In this document: positions 50,501 through 62,044 of the stretch, in pieces | Numbering within the stretch: position 1 is the stretch's first letter | Layout of the letters: every line of letters starts with the position of its first letter | NCBI GenBank assembly: GCA_051530055.1 | Contig: CM121342.1 | Location: 10,059,480 to 10,123,479 of the forward strand | Direction: 5' to 3' | Source of the DNA: Neoechinorhynchus agilis | Lineage: Eukaryota; Animalia; Acanthocephala | Length of the DNA: 64,000 nt | The notes under the pieces: generated by a model | Told to the model about the DNA's origin: nothing | Database searches by the model: none | What the model saw: only the letters and a program-made list of their open reading frames with translations | Program-made: the position numbers and the translations under genes

Positions 50501-52230
50501 AGTGATAATGAGGTTTCTAAGCAAGTGAAATATAAAGTCCACTAAAAAATTACAATCTTTCAGCGGTTGCAAACAAATAAGCTTCGTAGAATCTAAAGGC
50601 AAAATCAAGCCGAAGCTGGTAAGTTCAAAGTGATAATGAGGTATCTAAGCAAGTGAAATATAAAGTCCAATTAAAAATTACAATCTTTCAGCGGTTGCAA
50701 ACAAATAAGCCTCGTAGAATCTAAAGACAAAATCAAGCCGAAGCTGGTAAGTTCAAAGTGATAATGAGGTATCTAAGCAAGTGAAATATAAAGTCCATTT
50801 AAAAATTACAATCTTTCAGTTGCAAACAAATAAGCCTCGTAGAATCTAAAGCAAAATCAAGCCGAAGCTGGTAAGTTCAAAGTGATAATGAGGTATCTAA
50901 GCAAGTGAAATATAAACTATACTTAAAAATTACAATCTTTGCGGTTGCAAACAAATAAGCTTCGTAGAATCTAAAGACAAAATCAAGCGAAGCTGGTAAG
51001 TTCAAAGTGATAATGAGGTATCTAAGCAAGTGAAATATAAAGTCCAATTTAAAATTACAATCTTTCAGCGGTTGCAAACAAATAAGCCTCGTAGAATATA
51101 AACAAATCAAGCCGAAGCTGGTAAGTTCAAAGTGATAATGAGGTATCTAAGCAAGTGAAATATAAAGTACACTTAAAAATTACAATCTTTCAGCGGTTGC
51201 AAACAAATAAGCCTCGTAGAATATAAAGACAAAATCAAGCCGAAGCTGGTAAGTTCAAAGTGATAATGAGGTATCTAAGCAAGTGAAATATAAAGTCCAA
51301 TTAAAAATTACAATCTTTCAGCGGTTGCAAACAAATAAGCCTCGTAGAATCTAAAGACAAAATCAAGCCGAAGCTGGTAAGTTCAAAGTGATAATGAGGT
51401 ATCTAAGCAAGTGAAATATAAAGTCCACTTAAAAATTACAATCTTTCAGCGGTTGCAAACAAATAAGCTTCGTAGAATCTAAAGACAAAATCAAGCCGAA
51501 GCTGGTAAGTTCAAAGTGATAATGAGGTATCTAAGCAAGTGAAATATAAAGTCCACTTAAAAATTACAATCTTTCAGCGGTTGCAAACAAATAAGCCTCG
51601 TAGAATCTAAAGACAAAATCAAGCCGAAGCTGGTAAGTTCAAAGTGATAATGAGGTATCTAAGCAAGTGAAATATAAAGTCCAATTAAAAATTACAATCT
51701 TTCAGCGGTTGCAAACAAATAAGCCTCGTAGAATCTAAAGACAAAATCAAGCCGAAGCTGGTAAGTTCAAAGTGATAATGAGGTATCTAAGCAAGTGAAA
51801 TATAAAGTCCACTTAAAAATTACAATCTTTCAGCGGTTGCAAACAAATAAGCCTCGTAGAATCTAAAGACAAAATCAAGCCGAAGCTGGTAAGTTCAAAG
51901 TGATAATGAGGTATCTAAGCAAGTGAAATATAAAGTCCACTTAAAAATTACAATCTTTCAGCGGTTGCAAACAAATAAGCCTCGTAGAATCTAAAGACAA
52001 AATCAAGCCGAAGCTGGTAAGTTCAAAGTGATAATGAGGTATCTAAGCAAGTGAAATATAAAGTACAATTTAAAATTACAATCTTTCAGCGGTTGCAAAC
52101 AAATAACCTCGTAGAATATAAAGACAAAATCAAGCCGAAGCTGGTAAGTTCAAAGTGATAATGAGGTATCTAAGCAAGTGAAATATAAAGTCCAATTAAA
52201 AATTACAATCTTTCAGCGGTTGCAAACAAA
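47590..52230. repeat. Satellite array A, 128-bp monomer with 99-bp deletion variants
   Basis: AAGCCGAAGCTGG anchors at 47728, 47856, 47984; 99-bp spacing 48240-48339. Confidence 0.97.
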
Positions 52231-53770
52231 GCTTCGTGGTGGTTAAATAGCTAGAGACATATTTTTTTTACTTGGGTGAGGAAATAAGACTTTTATACCT
52301 TTCAACTTTAATGAGGTAGTTGGAAACGATCACGTTCAGCATAATATTTTTGTAGCAATTCTTGTTGGGGATAAAAGACCTTTACTCGTATCAATAATAA
52401 ATCAATTCTGGAGCACGTTTTCCATTTTCGACGGAATAATAAGCGAAATATCCACATACTAATTTAGTGCACACCTTTCCCTTAAAAAGGTGATCATTGC
52501 CATTCGATTTTTGAAATTTAATTTCTTCATTGAGTATTTCCGCACTTGAAATCACTAACACCACCGCTCTGGATCACTCAGCTGCCGTCGTGGTGTAATG
52601 GTCGAAAGGACGGATGCAGCGTTCCCTCCCATTGCACCGCCAGACTTATGTTTTGTAGGAGGAATGTTCATTTAATCGGATCGCAAGTGATTCATATCAA
52701 TATTCGATTTTTATTTTACACGTCAAGTGCGGTTTTAACACTTTAACAATAATATATCCATATCACGAATTAAAAATTCGTTCAATTCTAACTTGTGTCC
52801 ATTTCCTATAGACACGACATTTTGACGTGGGAGCTCAATAGAAATATTCTTGGTACGACAACCCAACTACGTATTCGGACCAATCAAATACCGAGGAAAC
52901 GCCCAACGCTACCGGGACACCAGGCCTAAATTCTGTTCATCAAATCACTACTTTGGGACAAGCAATTTCATTTGCACGTCAAACACACGATCCTTATCCG
53001 ATGCCACGACCCAATGAAGCTGCGATGATACAATTTGACGCAACCAGCCAAGACAGCCCAACTAAGTATTCGGACCAATCAAATACCGAGGAAACGCCCA
53101 ACGCCACTGGGACACCAGGCTGTTTTTCCGTCACGAAATTCGGGATTTTGTGCATTTGATTCCAAAAGCAACTGAGCTATTTTTCGGCGCATAGCTGGGT
53201 TCACTCGCAAATAAGGAAAGTGTGATTCGTCCAATTGCAATTGGAACAACTCCGCGCCGCCAAAGAGCAAAAAATTTAAATAAAAGGATCTCGGAAAAAG
53301 TAGGGATGCTGCTTCGCCTTACTCAGTTAGACTACTGTAGACCTTGTGACGCAGAGGCGATTGTTCATTCACTCCGCACGTTCATCACCGGAAATGTGAT
53401 TTCAAAAATGCATTAAACACAGTTCACCGAGCAGATTTGCTCGAAGTAGTTAGAGATCACGCACCAGAAGTGCCGCCTCCACCGACGACACGTAATCAAA
53501 AGACGCCTCGTTTCCTTTGACGAAAGTTTCTTGAGCATTGGCCGTTTAGCAAAGGAGGATTCCAAAAAACGCGCGAATGAGACTAACTGCCATCGAGCAT
53601 CTACGAGACAGCTTGCCAAGCACGTGTCTTCAAAACTCGCGGATGGAGATGTTTGGGGAGCTGCCCGTATTTTGTCCTCCTCTGATACGTTTGCAAGTGA
53701 TTCGCCCTCCACACTTCAGGGTTTAAAGTTGAAGCATCCGCAAAGTTCAACCCAAACAGAAATTCCTCAT
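52230..53770 (+). repeat. Copy 1 of a 1.54-kb segment duplicated at 57316-58856 (offset 5086); contains HERO-like fragments
   Basis: Identical ORF sets at 52546/57632, 52953/58039, 53222/58308; copy 1 breaks at GAAATTCCT and returns to satellite by about 53915. Confidence 0.93.
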
Positions 53771-53914
53771 GTTCCGTCCATCAAAGTTTAGCTCAATAGA
53801 TTGAAACCTTTTGAAATACTACTAGATTTTTAAGACGCTTCAATGATCAAGTTTTGGTTTTCGAAATGGACATTTGAGTGGAAAATCTTTTCCATTTAAA
53901 AACAAAAATTAGCT

Positions 53915-56900
53915 CAATAAGCTTCGTAGAATCTAAAGGCAAAATCAAGCCGAAGCTGGTAAGTTCAAAGTGATAATGAGGTATCTAAGCAAGTGAAATA
54001 TAAAGTATACTTAAAAATTACAATCTTTCAGCGGTTGCAAACAAATAAGCCTCGTAGAATATAAAGACAAAATCAAGCCGAAGCTGGTAAGTTCAAAGTG
54101 ATGATGAGGTATCTAAGCAAGTGAAATATAAAGTCCAGTTAAAAATTACAATCTTTCAGCGGTTGCAAACAAATAAGCCTCGTAGAATCTAAAGACAAAA
54201 ACAAGCCGAAGCTGGTAAGTTCAAAGTGACAATGAGGTTTCTAAGCAAGTGAAATATTAAGTCCACTAAAAAATTACAATCTTTCAGCGGTTGCAAACAA
54301 ATAAGCTTCGTAGAATCTAAAGGCAAAATCAAGCCGAAGCTGGTAAGTTCAAAGTGATAATGAGGTATCTAAGCAAGTGAAATATAAACTAGCAAACAAA
54401 TAAGCTTCGTAGAATCTAAAGGCAAAATCAAGCCGAAGCTGGTAAGTTCAAAGTGATAATGAGGTATCTAAGCAAGTGAAATATAAACTATACTTAAAAA
54501 TTACAATCTTTCAGCGGTTGCAAACAAATAAGCTTCGTAGAATATAAAGACAAAATCAAGCCGAAGCTGGTAAGTTCAAAGTGATAATGAGGTATCTAAG
54601 CAAGTGAAATATAAAGTCCAATTTAAAATTACAATCTTTCAGCGGTTGCAAACAAATAAGCCTCGTAGAATATAAAGACAAAATCAAGCCGAAGCTGGTA
54701 AGTTCAAAGTGATAATGAGGTATCTAAGCAAGTGAAATATAAAGTCCACTTAAAAATTACAATCTTTCAGCGGTTGCAAACAAATAAGCCTCGTAGAATA
54801 TAAAGACAAAATCAAGCCGAAGCTGGTAAGTTCAAAGTGATAATGAGGTATCTAAGCAAGTGAAATATAAAGTCCAATTTAAAATTACAATCTTTCAGCG
54901 GTTGCAAACAAATAAGCCTCGTAGAATCTAAAGACAAAATCAAGCCGAAGCTGGTAAGTTCAAAGTGATAATGAGGTATCTAAGCAAGTGAAATATAAAG
55001 TCCACTTAAAAATTACAATCTTTCAGCGGTTGCAAACAAATAAGCTTCGTAGAATCTAAAGACAAAATCAAGCCGAAGCTGGTAAGTTCAAAGTGATAAT
55101 GAGGTATCTACAAGTGAAATATAAAGTCCAATTTAAAATTACAATCTTTCAGCGGTTGCAAACAAATAAGCCTCGTAGAATATAAAGACAAAATCAAGCC
55201 GAAGCTGGTAAGTTCAAAGTGATAATGAGGTATCTAAGCAAGTGAAATATAAACTATACTTAAAAATTACAATCTTTCAGCGGTTGCAAACAAATAAGCC
55301 TCGTAGAATATAAAGACAAAATCAAGCCGAAGCTGGTAAGTTCAAAGTGATAATGAGGTATCTAAGCAAGTGAAATATAAAGTCCAGTTAAAAATTACAA
55401 TCTTTCAGCGGTTGCAAACAAATAAGCCTCGTAGAATCTAAAGACAAAATCAAGCCGAAGCTGGTAAGTTCAAAGTGACAATGAGGTTTCTAAGCAAGTG
55501 AAATATTAAGTCCACTAAAAAATTACAATCTTTCAGCGGTTGCAAACAAATAAGCTTCGTAGAATCTAAAGGCAAAATCAAGCCGAAGCTGGTAAGTTCA
55601 AAGTGATAATGAGGTATCTAAGCAAGTGAAATATAAACTAGCAAACAAATAAGCTTCGTAGAATCTAAAGGCAAATCAAGCCGAAGCTGGTAAGTTCAAA
55701 GTGATAATGAGGTATCTACAAGTGAAATATAAACTATACTTAAAAATTACAATCTTTCAGCGGTTGCAACAAATAAGCCTCGTAGAATATAAAGACAAAA
55801 TCAAGCCGAAGCTGGTAAGTTCAAAGTGATAATGAGGTATCTAAGCAAGTGAAATATAAAGTCCACTTAAAAATTACAATCTTTCAGCGGTTGCAAACAA
55901 ATAAGCCTCGTAGAATATAAAGACAAAATCAAGCCGAAGCTGGTAAGTTCAAAGTGATAATGAGGTATCTAAGCAAGTGAAATATAAAGTCCACTTAAAA
56001 ATTACAATCTTTCAGCGGTTGCAAACAAATAAGCCTCGTAGAATCTAAAGACAAAATCAAGCCGAAGCTGGTAAGTTCAAAGTGATAATGAGGTATCTAA
56101 GCAAGTGAAATATAAACTAGCAATGTTAATACTTAAAAATTACAATCTTTCAGCGGTTGCAAACAAATAAGCTTCGTAGAATCTAAAGACAAAATCAAGC
56201 CGAAGCTGGTAAGTTCAAAGTGATAATGAGGTATCTAAGCAAGTGAAATATAAAGTCCAATTTAAAATTACAATCTTTCAGCGGTTGCAAACAAATAAGC
56301 CTCGTAGAATCTAAAGACAAAATCAAGCCGAAGCTGGTAAGTTCAAAGTGATAATGAGGTATCTAAGCAAGTGAAATATAAAGTCCAATTAAAAATTACA
56401 ATCTTTCAGCGGTTGCAAACAAATAAGCCTCGTAGAATATAAAGACAAAATCAAGCCGAAGCTGGTAAGTTCAAAGTGATAATGAGGTATCTAAGCAAGT
56501 GAAATATAAAGTCCAATTTAAAATTACAATCTTTCAGCGGTTGCAAACAAATAAGCCTCGTAGAATCTAAAGACAAAATCAAGCCGAAGCTGGTAAGTTC
56601 AAAGTGACAATGAGGTATCTAAGCAAGTGAAATATAAAGTCCACTTTAAAATTACAATCTTTCAGCGGTTGCAAACAAATAAGCCTCGTAGAATATAAAG
56701 ACAAATCAAGCCGAAGCTGGTAAGTTCAAAGTGATAATGAGGTATCTAAGCAAGTGAAATATAAAGTCCAATTTAAAATTACAATCTTTCAGCTTGCAAA
56801 CAAATAAGCCTCGTAGAATCTAAAGACAAAATCAAGCCGAAGCTGGTAAGTTCAAAGTGATAATGAGGTATCTAAGCAAGTGAAATATAAACTATACTTA

Positions 56901-57316
56901 AAAATTACAATCTTTCAGCGGTTGCAAACAAATAAGCCTCGTAGAATATAAAGACAAAATCAAGCCGAAGCTGGTAAGTTCAAAGTGATAATGAGGTATC
57001 TAAGCAAGTGAAATATAAAGTCCAATTTAAAATTACAATCTTTCAGCGGTTGCAAACAAATAAGCCTCGTAGAATCTAAAGACAAAATCAAGCCGAAGCT
57101 GGTAAGTTCAAAGTGATAATGAGGTATCTAAGCAAGTGAAATATAAAGTCCAATTTAAAATTACAATCTTTCAGCGGTTGCAAACAAATAAGCCTCGTAG
57201 AATATAAAGACAAAATCAAGCCGAAGCTGGTAAGTTCAAAGTGATAATGAGGTATCTAAGCAAGTGAAATATAAAGTCCAGTTAAAAATTACAATCTTTC
57301 CGCGGTTGCAAAAAAA
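53915..57316. repeat. Satellite array B, same 128-bp family
   Basis: Same monomer and the same diagnostic variants as array A. Confidence 0.97.
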
Positions 57317-58209
57317 GCTTCGTGGTGGTTAAATAGCTAGAGACATATTTTTTTGACTTGGGTGAGGAAATAAGACTTTTATACCTTTCAACTTTAATGA
57401 GGTAGTTGGAAACGATCACGTTCAGCATAATATTTTTGTAGCAATTCTTGTTGGGGATAAAAGACCTTTACTCGTATCAATAATAAATCAATTCTGGAGC
57501 ACGTTTTCCATTTTCGACGGAATAATAAGCGAAATATCCACATACTAATTTAGTGCACACCTTTCCCTTAAAAAGGTGATCATTGCCATTCGATTTTTGA
57601 AATTTAATTTCTTCATTGAGTATTTCCGCACTTGAAATCACTAACACCACCGCTCTGGATCACTCAGCTGCCGTCGTGGTGTAATGGTCGAAAGGACGGA
57701 TGCAGCGTTCCCTCCCATTGCACCGCCAGACTTATGTTTTGTAGGAGGAATGTTCATTTAATCGGATCGCAAGTGATTCATATCAATATTCGATTTTTAT
57801 TTTACACGTCAAGTGCGGTTTTAACACTTTAACAATAATATATCCATATCACGAATTAAAAATTCGTTCAATTCTAACTTGTGTCCATTTCCTATAGACA
57901 CGACATTTTGACGTGGGAGCTCAATAGAAATATTCTTGGTACGACAACCCAACTACGTATTCGGACCAATCAAATACCGAGGAAACGCCCAACGCTACCG
58001 GGACACCAGGCCTAAATTCTGTTCATCAAATCACTACTTTGGGACAAGCAATTTCATTTGCACGTCAAACACACGATCCTTATCCGATGCCACGACCCAA
58101 TGAAGCTGCGATGATACAATTTGACGCAACCAGCCAAGACAGCCCAACTAAGTATTCGGACCAATCAAATACCGAGGAAACGCCCAACGCCACTGGGACA
58201 CCAGGCTGT

Positions 58210-60140
58210 TTTTCCGTCACGAAATTCGGGATTTTGTGCATTTGATTCCAAAAGCAACTGAGCTATTTTTCGGCGCATAGCTGGGTTCACTCGCAAATAA
58301 GGAAAGTGTGATTCGTCCAATTGCAATTGGAACAACTCCGCGCCGCCAAAGAGCAAAAAATTTAAATAAAAGGATCTCGGAAAAAGTAGGGATGCTGCTT
58401 CGCCTTACTCAGTTAGACTACTGTAGACCTTGTGACGCAGAGGCGATTGTTCATTCACTCCGCACGTTCATCACCGGAAATGTGATTTCAAAAATGCATT
58501 AAACACAGTTCACCGAGCAGATTTGCTCGAAGTAGTTAGAGATCACGCACCAGAAGTGCCGCCTCCACCGACGACACGTAATCAAAAGACGCCTCGTTTC
58601 CTTTGACGAAAGTTTCTTGAGCATTGGCCGTTTAGCAAAGGAGGATTCCAAAAAACGCGCGAATGAGACTAACTGCCATCGAGCATCTACGAGACAGCTT
58701 GCCAAGCACGTGTCTTCAAAACTCGCGGATGGAGATGTTTGGGGAGCTGCCCGTATTTTGTCCTCCTCTGATACGTTTGCAAGTGATTCGCCCTCCACAC
58801 TTCAGGGTTTAAAGTTGAAGCATCCGCAAAGTTCAACCCAAACAGAAATTCCTACATGTTCCGTCCCTCAAAGGCACTCCACTTCGACAGTTGAACTGAG
58901 AATGGCCATATCCTCCTTCGCCAATGGCTCTGGTCATGGCCTCGATGGACTTCGTCCTCAGCAATTAAAGGATAAGATGTCGTTCTCAGTTGGAGATGTA
59001 GACCACTCCCTTGTTACCCATCTTTGTCGACTAGTCGACCTTTTCATCGAAGAAAATTTACATCCGCAGGCAATAGAGTTATTTTTTGGCGCATCTTTGT
59101 GCGCTTTGAACAAAAAGACTGGTGGGATTCGTCCCATCGCCGTTGGCTCTGCTCTACGTCGGCTCGTAGGTAAAATCCTTTGCAAGCGTATTGCAGAAGG
59201 GATATGGCAGCAAGTTCGCCCAGTTCAACTGGGATGCTGCACACCCTGCGGGTCCGAAGCCATTGTCCACGCACTCCGCCACTTCATCACCAACAGTTCA
59301 ACGCTGTGTGTGATTTTGAAGTGTGACTTTTCAAATACCTTCAATTCCATTTACCGTACCGCTCTGTTTGAGTCACGCACCAGAAGCTTTTCCTTATTTT
59401 CTCAACGCATACGGTACCCCGACTCCTTTGCTGTTCAACGATCACCTCATTTGGTCCGAACGAGGAGTACAGCAGGGAGACCCTTTCGGTCCAATCGCAT
59501 TCTCCCTAACAGTAAATCCAACAGCGCACTCTCTCCAGTCCAGCTTTAATGCTTGGTACCTGGATGACGCTACGCTCGGAGGTGATCCCTCCAAAGTACT
59601 GCGCGATCTGGAGACACTCGTAAGGGAGACTGCGAGATTGGGCGTTGAGCCGACCGATAAACCTTCAGTCGCCCGAGCTCACAGTTCTCTAATTTCAGGC
59701 TCTCGCGACGAGGTCGACCGAGCTAGATTGCTGGCAGTCTCTACAAGAGAATCGGGAGCATGGTTAGAAGCCCTACCCATTGCATTCGCAGGAACACTCC
59801 TCGTAGACGAAGCAGTTCGGATCGGAGTTTCCCTCAGATTAGGTCTACCGATTTGTGTCGAACATCGTTGCCAGTTTGGAATGATCGTTGATCCACTGGG
59901 GAGACATGGTCTTGTTTGCAACAAATCAGGGGGTCGTTTCTCACGGCATGCTGAATTGAACGACGTAATTTCGCGTGCCCTAAATGCGATGAACGTCCCA
60001 AACATTTTAGAGCCGAGCAACCTGTGCCGACTCGATGGTCGTCGTCCGGATGGCGTAACTGTATTCCCGTGGCGAGAAGGCAAATGTTTTCTCTGGGACG
60101 CCACGTGTGTAGACACGTTCGCGGCAAGTAAAAGGAGGTT
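58210..60140 (+). mobile_element. HERO/NeSL-like non-LTR retrotransposon, frameshifted and internally deleted
   Basis: SKLADGDVWGAARILSS; GIRPIAVG; GVQQGDPFGP; WYLDD; CVEHRC...RHGLVC; DGRRPDGVTVFPWREGKCFLWDATCVDT. Confidence 0.9.
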
Positions 60141-60954
60141 TGTGCCCCACGAATTATAATTCCGACATTTTGCTAAAGGGTTTGTCATTTTGCTGAAGAC
60201 AACGACTGATTATTGCCATTATCGGTCACAACTACGATCATTTTCCGTAGTTTGAAAAAAGAAAGCATATCAAAAACCATTATAATCTACTACGGACTAA
60301 AGAAATATTTAGTCTGAAGATTGAACTGTTCATATTTGTTGGTTGTTTAATGGGGCATAGAAAAAATGATTTTATTTTAAACTGCCGATTGGTTTCGGCG
60401 AGGCACACAATCTTGTGAACGCCTTTTTATCAACGTTCTCATATTTAAAAACTTACAAGCAAGCTTGTGATGAACGCGTGACATCAAATTCCCTTTTACA
60501 CGAGCAAATGTTTTAAATGGACTTAAAAAAGTTCAAATCGAACTCAAACTACCAAAAGTTCGGCATTCAAGTGCGAATAAAACATTTTAACAACCTTGAT
60601 CAAAAGGCGTTCATAAAATTTTGCCGATACCAATCGGCAGTTTATTTATTTATCGTAATCGCATACACTCATGGAATCACTGCATATATTTTTGGGAGAC
60701 TCTTGGCTAACTCACACTTCGGAGGCGCTCAGTCGCAATCGAAGGGACAGGGCCAACCCTGACCCCACCCTTCCATCAGCCTCGCAAACCCCGAGGAACC
60801 CAACGACCAGTAGACTTGAACCAACGACCAATGGAGCGCATTTTGATACCACTCGGCTACTAAAATTTCTAATTATTTTAATTTTTCTAGGCGCCATAAA
60901 AAAATGAAGCGTTTAGTCACCATGGTGAATTTATAGAGTTGACCAATTAGGTTT

Positions 60955-61602
60955 TTGAAAATTTCGATGAAAAGCACTGTAGGAGTCAATAAAGCTAGGA
61001 AATGCAACAAAGATGAAATTTACGACAGGGAACTGTTACGTGAAGCATTAAAATATCAGGAATTAAAACAATTTCATTTACCAATAAGACCCAATCATTT
61101 ACGTTTACTACTAACGGAAGACGACCGAATGGCGTATTTTAGGAAGTTGGAAATGCGAAGATTTAAACGAGCGTCTGTTCAGGCGTTTGAACAAATACTT
61201 TTGGAAGTTGGGCCGAACGATAGATTAAAGAGGTCGAATTTAATAAAAACGAACAAACCATTGGTCAGTACTGTGCCATACAAAGAAGACATGAAGGAAT
61301 TTGGAGATTCAATTTTTAAGACAATGAAGAAGATCTTCTATGGATGTAAGGAAATTAATAAACCTTTGAAGAATCGAATTAGTGTGCTTGAAAAAAAGAT
61401 AATGGCTCGGTTGGATTCAATGGATTTTATGAAGTGTCACAAAAAAGTCGTGAATTTCCGATTTGGTCAAGCTCTTACGAACGCTTTTATAACGGCTGAA
61501 GTTAGTTGTAACGGATCCAATCCTGAAAGTGATGTAATTATCGAGAAAATATTTAAAAATCGATATGTATACGTAATCGCGACAATACTATTGATGATAT
61601 GA
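60955..61602 (+). CDS. Hypothetical protein, about 215 aa (first ATG 60967)
   Basis: Long ORF with gene-like composition; the 3' end may be spliced; no family recognised. Confidence 0.55.
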   Translation: MKISMKSTVGVNKARKCNKDEIYDRELLREALKYQELKQFHLPIRPNHLRLLLTEDDRMAYFRKLEMRRFKRASVQAFEQILLEVGPNDRLKRSNLIKTNKPLVSTVPYKEDMKEFGDSIFKTMKKIFYGCKEINKPLKNRISVLEKKIMARLDSMDFMKCHKKVVNFRFGQALTNAFITAEVSCNGSNPESDVIIEKIFKNRYVYVIATILLMI

Positions 61603-62044
61603 TCGGAGATTTGTTAATTTAAAAAGAACATCTTTTTTTTGTTTTAAATATTGCTTTTTTTTCTTCGGATAATTTTAAGATTCGTCCTTGATTTTTTTTC
61701 AAATCTATACGCTCAATAAAAAGAATTTCACGAAAATTGCACTATTTTTTTAACTTTTCTGGGTTTTAAAATAATAAAGCACAAAACGTGCAATCACCAC
61801 CGTCCGCAAGACGGAATTTTCACGTCTGACTGAAAAAAATCGTGAAAATTTAAAACAGATTTACAAAACTTCATCCATCCATGGTTTTTAAATTAAAAAA
61901 CACGATATCGAACAAGGCAAAAATGCGTAAACCTCTCATGTTTTACGCTTCGGTGGCCGTCGCCACGGAAGAATTCATATACAATGTCGTCATCTTTATT
62001 ATAAACAAGTTTTATTAGTTGTTCAAATCGCATTTGAGAAAAAA

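Noticed and set aside
52570-52640. tRNA gene or ribozyme (TGGTGTAATGG A-box-like; CTGAGTGA and GAAA motifs)
   Set aside because: No B box or cloverleaf; hammerhead core and helices cannot be assembled.
47590-57316. CRISPR-like array or CENP-B box (CTTCGTAGAA)
   Set aside because: Monomers are contiguous without unique spacers, and the window is eukaryotic; the CENP-B box match is limited to the TTCG part.
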